Under the pieces are notes generated by a model. It had not been told where the DNA came from, made no database searches, and saw nothing but the letters and a program-made list of their open reading frames with translations. A stretch of DNA of 64,000 nt from a virus, in IMG/VR virus record IMGVR_UViG_3300032456_000002, positions 5,726-69,725 of that record; one strand, 5' to 3'. The translations under genes were made by a program, and so were the position numbers. This document shows positions 31,492 to 41,997 of this stretch, piece by piece; within the stretch, counting starts at the first letter, position 1; every line of letters starts with the position of its first letter.

Positions 31492-31810
31492 CTATTGCAA
31501 AATATCCTGGAATAGTTGAATCAAAACGCAATCCAAACAAACGGCAGCCACAAGGAAAGAAACTCAGCAATGCTATAACTTTCCTGAATACTAAAATGCC
31601 TTCTATCGATTTAGGATACAGAAGCCATTCGTCGGCACGACACAAAACATTCAATGGTCGCAAGTCGTCTTTGTCGTCGTTAACATCCTGAGTTAGCCAG
31701 TCGAAATCCTGCTGATTCAGCCCACCCCTCGCAGCGATCGCCTCAATCTCTGCGGGAACACTAGACCTCAAAAAGCCGACGATCGCTGGGGATTCAAGTA
31801 TTTCCATCAA
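31481..31810 (-). CDS. hypothetical protein
   Basis: 109-aa ORF coupled to its neighbours. Confidence 0.55.
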   Translation of the reverse strand: MMEILESPAIVGFLRSSVPAEIEAIAARGGLNQQDFDWLTQDVNDDKDDLRPLNVLCRADEWLLYPKSIEGILVFRKVIALLSFFPCGCRLFGLRFDSTIPGYFAIDES

Positions 31811-32777
31811 AATACCATTGGCAGATTAGAAACCGCATAAAAACTATCCATCTTTTTCCGTAACTCCTCTTGTGTGGGCAGATTCACTTTGCGCTTAACC
31901 CTAGCGTCCTCATAGCCCGCCCGCTTCTTGGTTTCACTCAGATACTCTTTACGAGAATCCTTATCACCCCAAGACCCCACAGAAATGACCTGGTAGAGTT
32001 CAAGCATTTGCCGTGATTGATACTTGGATGCAAACCCTACCTTTGCCTTAAATTCCCATGACGGCAGGGCTAAAGCTGCTTTGCTACTTAGCCCATACAC
32101 TATGCCCAGTAGCGGCACATCTTCTAGGATGCAGCGACGGATGTACGCTTCAGCCCTTTCGAGTTCCGATCCACTGCCGTTTCCTCTGTCACTGGCAGCA
32201 TGGGCACTATTATCGCCGGATTGTTGCTGAGGTTGCGGCGGTTCGACTTCACATTCTCCGTAATCGCTTCCTGGAAGTTTTTTTCCTGATCATCCAATGC
32301 TGTGCGGATTAGTTGCGAGGTTCGAGCTACCAAAATGGCAATGATAGAATCCTTGCGATCGCCCTCAGCTCTGCCATCCAAAGCCCGCTCAATCATCTCG
32401 ACTAGCTTGCCCTTCTCAAGTTGCGCCATCGCCTCTATGTATTGCACATTGGCATCTAGCAAAGCCCTTGATGCTCCTATCAACTTCATGGCAATGTTCA
32501 CGGCTGACTCTGAAGCTTCAGACTGATAAGCCGCCCGTTGGGTAGTGGAGAGCGTTTCGTCGTCTAGCTTGGCGGTAATGCTTTCCTGTTCTCGCAAAAC
32601 GGCAGAATAATAATCTTGCAATTCAGCCTGCGCTCTTGCTAGTTTTAATCTGAAATGTTGCGGCAATGATTCAGCCTCGCAGACACTCAAAGTTTCACCC
32701 GCAAACTCTAACTCAATCACATTTTGGGTACGCTCTTCAATCAAGCCGAGCAATTTGTCTAAACTAAAATGAGTCAT
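31807..32777 (-). CDS. tail assembly chaperone G (32124..32777) and G-T via -1 frameshift
   Basis: slippery A AAA AAC at 32283..32277; -1 frame is stop-free and continuous with ORF 31807..32118. Confidence 0.7.
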
Positions 32778-32809
32778 TATTATTCCCTAAGATTCCTTCC
32801 CGTACAATT

Positions 32810-33151
32810 ATGGCAAAATTTAGCTTGAACAAGACAGGCTACAACGAACTTAAGAAAACCCTACTAGATAAGCTTGTTGTGGCAGTGGTAAGGCATGGCG
32901 TTCCTGAAGCCCAATCTCATACCCCAATTTGGTCGGAACGGCTCCACAATTCAGCTAGGGCAGAGAATCCAGAGATAGGCAGCAATAGAGTATCGGTGGA
33001 TCTAGTCTTTGGTGGTGTGGCATTACCAGGGGAACTAAAAGAGGTTGGGATTATCAAGGATGTGGATTATGCCTTGACACAGGAAGTGGAGAAGGGATTT
33101 TTGACTAATAATATTGGGGCGATCGGGATGGCTATTGTGGGTGGGCTGTAA
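32810..33151 (+). CDS. tail completion protein (HK97 gp10-like)
   Basis: AQ..TP..S.RL.NS, V.YA..QE. Confidence 0.65.
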   Translation: MAKFSLNKTGYNELKKTLLDKLVVAVVRHGVPEAQSHTPIWSERLHNSARAENPEIGSNRVSVDLVFGGVALPGELKEVGIIKDVDYALTQEVEKGFLTNNIGAIGMAIVGGL

Positions 33152-33480
33152 TGAGCGCGTGAAAAATCCCTCAATATTCATAACTGAGGGATTTTTATAT
33201 TGCCCCTTGCTGCCAAAGCCAGGACTCGCCCATTGTAATACTCCTCTTGCCAAAATGAAAACTTCCATCACCCAATGCTTCGATCGCAATCAATCCATCC
33301 TCACTGATGCAGACTGTTGGGAACGAGATCTAGTTGTCGTCGAAGCACCGCATGACTTCAGGCTGCTGAAATGCTCTGGCTCTGGAGACGATATCGAATG
33401 GCTAATGCAAGTTCAGTTGAGCGATCGCCCTGGTGATGTGGCATTCCAATGGACTCGCAGAGACAGGATTTGACTCCCCA

Positions 33481-33517
33481 AAACAAAACCCCGATCGCGC
33501 GATCGGGGTTTTGTTTT
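33481..33517. terminator. bidirectional terminator built on HIP1-like arms
   Basis: AAACAAAACCCCGATCGCGCGATCGGGGTTTTGTTT. Confidence 0.75.
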
Positions 33518-33563
33518 CTAGCGCCACCGCCCTAGTCCGCAGCCGCGCTAATTCATAATAGCT

Positions 33564-34037
33564 CTAACCTTCCACCACAGCGGCTTCAGCTTCAGCTTCA
33601 GTCAAAGGATTCGCAGGGGAATCTACCACTTCCTCAACCACGCTCTCAACGGCTGGGGGGATCACTACCGGGGTAGTAACAATTTCAGACACGCTCACAG
33701 CGGCAGCGGCGATCGCATCACTCAAGGCTGTAATCTGTGCCAAGTTCTCAGGGGTAGGCTGAAATCCCGCTGTCACTAAAGCTTGAAGCTCAGCAATCTT
33801 TGCATCCAAAGTAGCAACAGCCGACATAACTTCAGCCTTCTCCTGAGCGATCGCAGAAACCAAACCAGCCACACCAGCTTCTAGGGTCGAGAGATTCAAC
33901 ATGACTAACTCCTTTAATGTTTGTACTTGACGTTCCAACCGACCAAACCGACGCTCTAACGTTGCCTCGATTGTATTCAGTAGCACCTTAGCCACTTCCT
34001 CTGAAATGATAGCGATAATCTTGTCAATAATACCCAC
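33564..34037 (-). CDS. Ala-rich coiled-coil protein
   Basis: ORF; possible internal start at 33903 with GGAG RBS. Confidence 0.5.
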   Translation of the reverse strand: MGIIDKIIAIISEEVAKVLLNTIEATLERRFGRLERQVQTLKELVMLNLSTLEAGVAGLVSAIAQEKAEVMSAVATLDAKIAELQALVTAGFQPTPENLAQITALSDAIAAAAVSVSEIVTTPVVIPPAVESVVEEVVDSPANPLTEAEAEAAVVEG

Positions 34038-34248
34038 GGTTTTCGCTCCAGCATTACAAATAGTCTAACGTCATCACACCCCTACTAATAAAATAAATCG
34101 TTAGTTCCTGCTTTTGAAAACCATGCCTCGCACTTGCACAAAAAGCCCATGACTTCATATCTTCACAGAAGTCAAATTGATCGATGAATCGATTAAGGTA
34201 GGATCTAAAGACTTTCCTGTTGATGTCACTAAATGAGTTGTTTGTTTT

Positions 34249-34560
34249 ATGCCTATATCAACCCCAGATTCCTTTCCAGCCCATCGCTATAAATGGGTAT
34301 TATCAGCATGCATACGGATAGATGAGGACGTATTGCATGTATATTATGAGACTATTGCAAGCTGCAAAGAAGCGTTAGAGAATCCCTACGAATTAGCGCA
34401 ACGTGCCAACAATGAAGGCTGTAAAGAAATGTTTTTGTATGTAGTGGGATGTGAGAAACCGCACATCAAACTGGTGACTGCCAACATTATAACTTTAGGC
34501 AGGAAGCTAGGCTTCATTGGGCATCCAAGCAGTCACACCAGCAATCGGAAGGCGGGATAA
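34249..34560 (+). CDS. hypothetical protein
   Basis: 103-aa ORF. Confidence 0.4.
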   Translation: MPISTPDSFPAHRYKWVLSACIRIDEDVLHVYYETIASCKEALENPYELAQRANNEGCKEMFLYVVGCEKPHIKLVTANIITLGRKLGFIGHPSSHTSNRKAG

Positions 34561-34911
34561 TGGAACACAGTGAGCATGTGCTGTGCCCATCAAAACGCAC
34601 CATAGACTGCTGTTGGTATTGATGTTAATAGCGATCGCCGTTCCCAGACAAAACTCTTCACCTTCTGATTCAATTAATACAATGCTAAAAGGAATAATGC
34701 CTTGCTGTTGAATCCCTATCTTTGGGACGATTGACAGCAAGGCATTCTTATGAAAGGAATCCTGAGTGGGATGTAAATCGTACACCCATTGGGCATTGAT
34801 GGTAGGTAGGTTGTACTCTGCCCTAATCCAATTGACTAGCGTGAAACAGTCCCATGATTGCCATTGGAAGGGGGTAGTGGGGAGCGGTTTAGCGAGGATG
34901 TGATTAAACAC
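34507..34911 (-). CDS. NlpC/P60-like tail assembly protein
   Basis: PF.W..WDCFTLV..R. Confidence 0.6.
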   Translation of the reverse strand: MFNHILAKPLPTTPFQWQSWDCFTLVNWIRAEYNLPTINAQWVYDLHPTQDSFHKNALLSIVPKIGIQQQGIIPFSIVLIESEGEEFCLGTAIAININTNSSLWCVLMGTAHAHCVPLSRLPIAGVTAWMPNEA

Positions 34912-34994
34912 TGTTTTAGTGCGAGAGTGGTAAGATTGTGGGAGCGGATCGGTTGACAGCCGATCCTGATCAAAACTCTAAAAGGACTAGAATC

Positions 34995-35774
34995 TTGACT
35001 ACCACTATTAAAGCAGTTCGAGGATTGGTTGCGTTGGGCGATATTCCACTGAATGTCTATATGTTGCCCAATGGAGAATATAAATTGGCAGGGCGCAATG
35101 TAACGGATGCGATCAAAGAGCACGCCATGAGCCTATCACGCCTAATGGGTGTTAAAAGCCTGAAAGACTTGCCCCATGCAGATTTAAGCCTGTCACAAAT
35201 TAAGGCAAAAACAGGAGAAACGTTCATCCCTGTTTCGCTATTAGACGCTTCTGAGTATTGGCTTAGGGCTGCGATTGAAGGCAATCCAATGGCAAAGGCT
35301 ATTTCGATGGCTTGCATGGTGGAATCAATCGAAAGGAGAGCCGATGCATTCTTTGGTGTGAATCGAAGTGAAGGCGATCGCAACCGTCGCGTCAAGACTC
35401 TAATCGATTCAATCCTTTCAGATCCAAAACCTTGGACAATGCACTTTAACCCAAGATGGCAGAGAGAGGCTTGCAGAGTGACTGGGTATCGGTGGGAAGC
35501 CTCTAGACCAATGGCGCAATTCATCAGCACCTACATCTACAAAGCTCTCCCATCTGATGTCTACGAAAAGCTAATGGAGATCAACGCCGAACGAAAGCAA
35601 CGCCATCACCAGTTTTTTGATGAACTAGCAGACGAGATTATTCTGAAGGAACATATCCAACAGGTTGGCGGGCTGCTGAGAGTCTCCAAAAATAAGCCAC
35701 ATTTTAAGCAATTATTCTCCGATGCTTTTAGCGATGGGATTCAATGTGATTTCGACTTTGAGCAAACAGCTTAA
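34995..35774 (+). CDS. P63C-like domain antirepressor-family protein
   Basis: V.MLPNGEY, RAD.FFG, PW..HF, RHHQF; start moved to TTG after the shared leader. Confidence 0.7.
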   Translation: MTTTIKAVRGLVALGDIPLNVYMLPNGEYKLAGRNVTDAIKEHAMSLSRLMGVKSLKDLPHADLSLSQIKAKTGETFIPVSLLDASEYWLRAAIEGNPMAKAISMACMVESIERRADAFFGVNRSEGDRNRRVKTLIDSILSDPKPWTMHFNPRWQREACRVTGYRWEASRPMAQFISTYIYKALPSDVYEKLMEINAERKQRHHQFFDELADEIILKEHIQQVGGLLRVSKNKPHFKQLFSDAFSDGIQCDFDFEQTA

Positions 35775-35857
35775 GCCCTAACTCCACCCAAAAAAACAAA
35801 GCCCGATCGCCATAAGGTGGTCGGGCTTTGTGGAAGGAATAGAAGGGACAAGAGATA

Positions 35858-36763
35858 TTAAGTGATCGTGGTCGTGACGGTTGTGCCTGCTCCTAGGGTT
35901 GCATTGGTTGGAGTGCCCAAGGTGATGATAATCGTTTCGCCTGGATCTGCGACTCCATCTGCAACCGACGTAATCACGATTGGTGCTGTCGTTTGTCCAG
36001 CCGCGATGGTAATAGGTGAAGCCGTGATTGTAAAGTCGGTCGTCGGGGTTGCCGTTCCTGTCAGCGTGTAAGGAACAGAAACCGCAAGGGTGTGAACCTG
36101 TGACAACGTAACTTGAACAGTTCGAGTCCCGCCAGCCTCGGCAATAGATAGACCCGTTGTTGGTGATAGGTTGACGGTTCTCACCAATGGAAGGATCGCG
36201 CTAATGTCGCCTCTGAGTGCCTTGTACGGGAAGAATTGACTTGAAGGTTCAGGGTCAAACGCAGATAGGGTGACGGTGTAGCTGGTTTGGTCGCTATTCG
36301 AGAATGAGAAGCTAGTGTCACTGGTGAAGAGCGCGGCAGAGGGCAGATAGAACCAATCTAGCGGGTCTATTGATTCGCCCTCGCAGCTTGCCAGCTTAAT
36401 CATGGTGGGGCGTTTAACCACAGGGCAACCAGGTCGTGAGGCAATCCCTGTAAGTTCCTTAAGCGTTCCACCTGAGCCAGTGTTGAGGACATCGGAACCT
36501 TGAAAGATTGAGTTGAACAATGCCAGGTTTCCAACGTCAGCGATCGAAATACTAGCCTCAACGTTGAAGCCAGACACCACAGCATCAGCTCGACTCTGGG
36601 AGGCTTGACTCATCTGGTCACTGAACATTTCGGTAAAGGTCAAAGTCATAGCATCCATCTGATCGGCTGGCGTAATCAGGATTTCGCCAGGGTCGGAACC
36701 CGATGGAGCAGCGCCAAAGTTAAAGCGGATATAAGCCGGAGCCGTTACATATTTACGAGGCAT
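35858..36763 (-). CDS. major tail tube protein with C-terminal Calx-beta/Ig-like domain
   Basis: beta-rich tube domain; V.V.Y...GTAT...DF...IAAGQT..D...E.II.TL..P.NA.LG. Confidence 0.75.
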   Translation of the reverse strand: MPRKYVTAPAYIRFNFGAAPSGSDPGEILITPADQMDAMTLTFTEMFSDQMSQASQSRADAVVSGFNVEASISIADVGNLALFNSIFQGSDVLNTGSGGTLKELTGIASRPGCPVVKRPTMIKLASCEGESIDPLDWFYLPSAALFTSDTSFSFSNSDQTSYTVTLSAFDPEPSSQFFPYKALRGDISAILPLVRTVNLSPTTGLSIAEAGGTRTVQVTLSQVHTLAVSVPYTLTGTATPTTDFTITASPITIAAGQTTAPIVITSVADGVADPGETIIITLGTPTNATLGAGTTVTTTIT

Positions 36764-36858
36764 AAGGGGTTTACTTTGTTACGTTCGCCCCATCATGGAA
36801 CTTACTCGTAATCACGGCTACGCTAAAATCATCAGTAAATGCCAAAGTAAGAATAAAA

Positions 36859-37191
36859 ATGGAAGAAGAGACCGCAATAGTACGGGCACAATCCGCAAAA
36901 TCTTTAGAGCAAAGGCGGCAAATCTTTGATGCGATTCGATATGAAGGGCTAACTCGAAAGCAAATTATGAGGAAGTTGGGGGTCTCTCGTCAAACGGTGG
37001 ACTATCATCTCCAATTTAGAAACCCTAAAAAGTGGGAAGATTGGTCAGAGCTAACCCAACTGCAAAACGACTTCGCAGATGCCCTCACCCGCGAAAAGTT
37101 TCATTTAGATTTAATTGGCAGATTGTCTAGACGGCTCCTTTGGAAAAGTGAGCTGAGGCTACCTTCTCCAGTGGTAAGGAGCAAGCCTTAA
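36859..37191 (+). CDS. HTH DNA-binding protein
   Basis: EGLTRKQIMRKLGVSRQTVDYHL. Confidence 0.7.
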   Translation: MEEETAIVRAQSAKSLEQRRQIFDAIRYEGLTRKQIMRKLGVSRQTVDYHLQFRNPKKWEDWSELTQLQNDFADALTREKFHLDLIGRLSRRLLWKSELRLPSPVVRSKP

Positions 37192-37505
37192 TCTCTGCTC
37201 TTGTCTGGTATGTGGGTTCCCAAAGTGCCTTCAGCCTTTCGTCGGTTACTGCGACTTTCAAGGGCTTCAATGGCAATCGTCAAGTGCTCACGGGCGATCG
37301 CATTTTCTTTGGAAGCAAAAATGCTTTCCTGATAGTAATTCAATTGAATTAGGCAAGAATGCAAAACTTCAAGCAAGAAGGCTCCGTTGCGCCCCTCGGT
37401 TATTAATGCCCCGCGCTGCCATGCGATCGTATAGCCGATGCCAGTGCTGATACCTCCATCACGTCTGCCTCTGTCGTTTGTCCAGTCCCTGTTGATTGGC
37501 TCCAT
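37188..37505 (-). CDS. tad1: Tad1-family anti-defence (signal sponge) protein
   Basis: I.WQRG..NG..L..YQ..F.SKENA.A..HL..A...L..R...R...G.LGT matches the Tad1 pattern I.FQ.G..G..L..FQ.GPF.SRENA.AL.H.EEA...M..R..R..R.VLGT. Confidence 0.75.
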   Translation of the reverse strand: MEPINRDWTNDRGRRDGGISTGIGYTIAWQRGALITEGRNGAFLLEVLHSCLIQLNYYQESIFASKENAIAREHLTIAIEALESRSNRRKAEGTLGTHIPDKSRD

Positions 37506-38297
37506 TTATTTCCTTTTGACTTCCTTCAAATAGCTCTTGATCAAACTTTTATCCATCAATGGAGCAAAGAATTCACAGCTTCGGGTTTTGCCGTCAAGGT
37601 CTTGTATCTTGTCCGCTAATTGGATCAGCAGGCGGCTATCAGATTTTGCTCTAACTTCTTCCCAATGTCCAGCAATGATCGCCTTAATCCATTCCACAGG
37701 AACATCGGCAGAGTCAGCTAAAACGTTAAGACTACCACCGCGACTCTCAACCGACTCCCTCACTAATTCTTGAATCACCTCAAGGTCGTCAGTCATATTG
37801 ACAAACTTGGTGTCACGGGCGATCGCCCCAAGCATTCCATGCATTGCCGCGATGCGATCATTCCACGACAATGCCTCGTAGACAGCGATCGCATATTCAG
37901 GAGTGGGGGATATGTCTACCTTCTGAGGTTTGACTGAAATGGCGCGATCGGTTGGGTCAATTGAATCAGCATCCGAACCGAGCTTCTCCATCCACATTGA
38001 ATAGTATCCGTCCGCAGCCGCCAATAGCGGATCATAAACACCAATATCAGCCCCAGAACGTTCAAGCAGAATGCCTGCTAATACAGCCATCTGAACGCTC
38101 GGTGCGCGTTGCCCATTCTGCCATTGATAGAGTGCGTTTTGTTCCAAGAGTCCCAGCCCAAACTTTTCGCACCACTGAATAGGGTTAGTCCCCTTGTATC
38201 CTGGAATCCCATGATCCAACATGTCCTTAATGAAAGTCGCGAATGCCCTCATTTCCGGTAAAAACTTTTTTGACCCCAACCTAGCCCCACTTACCAT
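37506..38297 (-). CDS. repressor-like protein with HTH domains
   Basis: QNALYQWQNGQRAPS; LADSADVPVEWIKAI; start at MVSG with GGAGAGG RBS. Confidence 0.55.
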   Translation of the reverse strand: MVSGARLGSKKFLPEMRAFATFIKDMLDHGIPGYKGTNPIQWCEKFGLGLLEQNALYQWQNGQRAPSVQMAVLAGILLERSGADIGVYDPLLAAADGYYSMWMEKLGSDADSIDPTDRAISVKPQKVDISPTPEYAIAVYEALSWNDRIAAMHGMLGAIARDTKFVNMTDDLEVIQELVRESVESRGGSLNVLADSADVPVEWIKAIIAGHWEEVRAKSDSRLLIQLADKIQDLDGKTRSCEFFAPLMDKSLIKSYLKEVKRK

Positions 38298-38406
38298 ATA
38301 GACCTCTCCCGTAATTAAATCGAAATATAGCAGCTTGTGCCACACAACGAAATGATGCAAATCCCTACGTAGTATCGTAGCGGAAAAGGGCAGTTTTTGC
38401 GTGTCA

Positions 38407-38901
38407 TTACTGATGACTTTGGCTAGGTAATTCTTCATCGTCCACTCGGAAGCCGCGACTCATTAGCCCCAAGAACCAAGTCAGAACCGCGATTCGGTCA
38501 TTCGCGGGCAGCCCTGAAAGCTGTTTCTTAATCCATGACACATTAGTAGATGCGTCGACTGGCTTTTCCTCTGGGAACTTGGGGAACGCTTTGTAGCGCC
38601 CATTTACCAAAACCAGCAAGAAGTAATCTGCGGGCATAGTCCTTTTGTCCTCATCCCTGCCTACCGTCACACCGTAAGCTCTAAATATTTGAGCCAGATT
38701 TAGTAAGGAATCAACCGTCCAACGCTGCCCAACAGTCGAAAACCATCTATTCAGGTCTGGGGCTTTATATCCATCAGCCCTAACCAACGTTTGCCACTGA
38801 AGAATATTGGTCTCGCCCTTTTCTGCGATTCCCGCCGATCGCCCATGCTGCTGGATAGCCTTCCAAACCGCAGCCTTTAATTCCTTCTCGTAAACGTCCA
38901 T
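38407..38901 (-). CDS. repressor-like paralogue
   Basis: shares L..NDRIA....LG...R with 37506..38297; divergent from primase. Confidence 0.5.
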   Translation of the reverse strand: MDVYEKELKAAVWKAIQQHGRSAGIAEKGETNILQWQTLVRADGYKAPDLNRWFSTVGQRWTVDSLLNLAQIFRAYGVTVGRDEDKRTMPADYFLLVLVNGRYKAFPKFPEEKPVDASTNVSWIKKQLSGLPANDRIAVLTWFLGLMSRGFRVDDEELPSQSHQ

Positions 38902-39181
38902 AAATATTCCTCAAACAATAAGCAAAGTCTAACCCTCTTTTCGTATTCATGCAAATATTAGGCTAATATGTATTTGCATTAGTCGTTCTCTTACTTCAAA
39001 TTGCCACTTTAGCGCGGTTGTGATTTTGGGGCGCAGGTCGCACAATGGGAAAACGACTATTTTGGAAGCGCCATGAAAAGGATAGAAGAATCAAGGCAAA
39101 AAAATAAAGACCCCGTGCCCGCAAAGCAGAAGTCTTTATCTGTCCAGAGTTCCAGCAACGAAACTACAAGGGAAACAAATT

Positions 39182-41665
39182 ATGTCTCAGTATAACGGAA
39201 ACGGTACGGGTTCGTCTAGTCTCACAGAGAATAAGTTCCCTCCATTCTCGGAGTTGATTGAGGAATACTGCGATCGCAACCCCAAGGAGCGGACTAAGTT
39301 TATCTGCCCAGAGTGCGGCGGCGGCAACCTGTCAGTGAATATGAAGACGGGTAAGTGGGATTGCATGAGTGAGCAGTCTGCGGATCATCGTCAAGCGATT
39401 TGTAATGCTCTCAATGGACTATATAAGGCTGAACATCCCGAATTGTCCAATGGAAGCAACGGGCGGAATGGCGGCGGCAAGCCTAAGACTGCAAGACAAG
39501 AGTTTGCGGCTAAGGCTAAGGCGGCTGACTTTGATGCAGAGATGGGGCGGTCTGCGGTTGAAATGAAGGTGGAAGAGTTGTCGCATCAGTTTGACCCATC
39601 AACCAAGCGCGGCACATTGGCAGCCCTAACGGTTGAGATTGCAGCATGGGCTAAGGCTGGTGGGCATGATGTCTTTGCCACCAAGATGATGCTGAAAGAG
39701 GCGATCGAGAGGGTTGTTGGCGATGGGGTTTTGGCTATCAAAAAGCCAAGTGTCAATACGACAGGACAGGAAGTATTGACACATTCAAACGATGACATGG
39801 TAAGCGTTTCGGCATCTGTCGAAAGTGTCAGTAGGATCTTAAGTGATAAGCTTGCTGCTTTTATGGAACAGCATGAACTAGAACTGCTCCAATCTAGATC
39901 GGAGATGACAAAGGGCGGCTTTTGGTCGCTAGTGTCAGAGCTTCGAGGTAAAGACGAAGTAGAAGATGAAATTGAGATAGAAAACCTGGTCAAGTTTGCA
40001 GAGTGGAAAGCTGCCGTTTTTGACCTTAAGGATGTTTTACCTGGCGGGTTGGCTCGGTCGATGATTAGCGATGCAAAGTCGTTAGGCATTGAGCCAATGA
40101 TGCTCTGGCAGTATTTGTTTGTAGCAGTGTTGTCGCTACTCCCCAAAGATGCAGGCTTGATGATGCACAGCCATCTCACCCCAGCGATCGCTTACACCGC
40201 AATCATTGCTGAGACGGGAGCAGGTAAGACACGGGCAGAGAATTTAATAATGAAACCATTAGTCAAGCTGCAAATTGAAGCGTCTGCACTGCGAAAGTCT
40301 CAGGTGGATCAATACAACCGGGATGTTAAGGCAGCAACGAAAAATCAAGAGGATGCCGAAGAGATCCCCAAGCCTCCATCGGAAGAGAAGTATGTCCTTA
40401 CAGTGGCAACCATTCAGGCTGTATGGAGCAAGCTGTCAGAACAAACAGAGCACGGCACGGTGTGGACTAGAGACGAGCTTGCTGGATTGTTTAAATCCTT
40501 TGGTCAGTTCTCCAAAGGTGGTGACAACGAATCACTAGAGTTAATCCTTCAGAGTTGGGATGGAGCCACTCAGTTTATTGATCGTATGGATGAGGCTAGA
40601 TCCTTTGTTCTGGAGAATCCAAGGCTGTTGATCGCTGGAGGATTACAGCCTGCGGTCTATCGCCAAATCTTCAAAGACCCTGAGGACTCGCAAGGGTTAG
40701 CCGCTCGGTTCTGCATGTTCCACGGCAAACCCACACCAGTCAAAGACATTGGGCGCAAAACTCAACTAAGCGAATCCCTACCATCTATCTATCAGGCGAT
40801 CCAAGATCTAAAACTGGGAATTGTCGAACCAACAGAAGAAACCTATAAGCTTTGGAACGACGAGAGATATACCGCAGAGATGGAAGCAAAGGATCATCCT
40901 ATTGCCTCTGTTAAGGCTTGGCTACGCAAGTTCTCTGGGCACGTTAGCCGCATCGCCCTAGCTCTTCATGCGATCGAGTGTATTTACGACACAAAAAAAG
41001 ATAAGGCAGTTCTGACAGAAGAGACGATGACCAAGGCGTTAAAGTTTGCCCACTTCTATCGCCAACAGTTTGAAATCATTCAAGCTCAATCGGTAGAGCC
41101 ATCTAATCTCAGTGGTTACCTTATCAAGATTTGGGACATGGCAAACAATAAAAACAACGGAGTCACATGCCGAGATGTCCTAAGAAACTTTCCAGCCTTA
41201 AACAAAACCGCCAAAGATGCAAAGCGTAAGTCATCAGACATAGTACTAGATTTATTTGCTCAACTCAGCGAACGAGGGAAAGGACGGGTAGAAGAAACTG
41301 GGAAAACTCGTAAATTCTTCTCTTCCTTCGGCATTACCCCAGAACCTATCGACAGGTTCGACACTTCCGACACTTCTACCCCAGTAACGGTTCTAGCTGT
41401 CAATACTTCCTGTCCTGTCGTATTGACACTTGATAAAACAGAGCAAAATGACACCCCCATCAAAGTAGGTGACACAGTAGAAATCCTTGACGGCTCCCTT
41501 AAAGGTCAACAACCAACTGTCACTGCCATCAAAGAAGTAGACGGAGAGACTACCTATATCCTCTCAGGACGTCACACAAGCAAGATTAAGGGGTCTATCA
41601 ACTTTGACAATCACGAACTCCCTGCCAGCCGAATTAGGCTTCTCTCATCCAACGGCAAATCCTGA
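39182..41665 (+). CDS. primase/helicase-like replication protein (Zn finger + DUF3987 + KOW)
   Basis: CPECGG..W.C; AETGAGKT; RDELAGLF; LQSWDG; GGLQP; GLAARF. Confidence 0.85.
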   Translation: MSQYNGNGTGSSSLTENKFPPFSELIEEYCDRNPKERTKFICPECGGGNLSVNMKTGKWDCMSEQSADHRQAICNALNGLYKAEHPELSNGSNGRNGGGKPKTARQEFAAKAKAADFDAEMGRSAVEMKVEELSHQFDPSTKRGTLAALTVEIAAWAKAGGHDVFATKMMLKEAIERVVGDGVLAIKKPSVNTTGQEVLTHSNDDMVSVSASVESVSRILSDKLAAFMEQHELELLQSRSEMTKGGFWSLVSELRGKDEVEDEIEIENLVKFAEWKAAVFDLKDVLPGGLARSMISDAKSLGIEPMMLWQYLFVAVLSLLPKDAGLMMHSHLTPAIAYTAIIAETGAGKTRAENLIMKPLVKLQIEASALRKSQVDQYNRDVKAATKNQEDAEEIPKPPSEEKYVLTVATIQAVWSKLSEQTEHGTVWTRDELAGLFKSFGQFSKGGDNESLELILQSWDGATQFIDRMDEARSFVLENPRLLIAGGLQPAVYRQIFKDPEDSQGLAARFCMFHGKPTPVKDIGRKTQLSESLPSIYQAIQDLKLGIVEPTEETYKLWNDERYTAEMEAKDHPIASVKAWLRKFSGHVSRIALALHAIECIYDTKKDKAVLTEETMTKALKFAHFYRQQFEIIQAQSVEPSNLSGYLIKIWDMANNKNNGVTCRDVLRNFPALNKTAKDAKRKSSDIVLDLFAQLSERGKGRVEETGKTRKFFSSFGITPEPIDRFDTSDTSTPVTVLAVNTSCPVVLTLDKTEQNDTPIKVGDTVEILDGSLKGQQPTVTAIKEVDGETTYILSGRHTSKIKGSINFDNHELPASRIRLLSSNGKS
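39747..41432. repeat. perfect 35-bp inverted repeat (39747..39781 / 41398..41432) inside the primase gene
   Basis: CAAGTGTCAATACGACAGGACAGGAAGTATTGACA and its exact reverse complement. Confidence 0.9.
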
Positions 41666-41769
41666 AGATAGCGATATCGCCATTCTTATTGCTAGGCAGT
41701 CTGGCAATAAGAATGATTTGTGTTCTCGCTAAAAATGCTATAATTTGCATATACGCTAATAGGAGGGCT

Positions 41770-41988
41770 GTGAATAGTTGTTTTGTTATTGAGCTTAGGT
41801 TTGGCGATTGTAGTGAGTTCCTATGCGTTCGATCTGACTTGAGTGAGGCGATCGAATGGTGCGAGGCTTTTGATATATCCAAAGAGGATACGGAATGGGA
41901 GTCAATTGCCATCTTGAATGTTTTCTTGAATCCCGATCAAGACTCAGTTAATACCGCATCTCGGATCATCTGGAAAAAGGAATATTAG
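41770..41988 (+). CDS. small acidic hypothetical protein
   Basis: GTG after AGGAGG, downstream of a TATAAT promoter. Confidence 0.55.
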   Translation: MNSCFVIELRFGDCSEFLCVRSDLSEAIEWCEAFDISKEDTEWESIAILNVFLNPDQDSVNTASRIIWKKEY

Positions 41989-41997
41989 GGAGAAATT

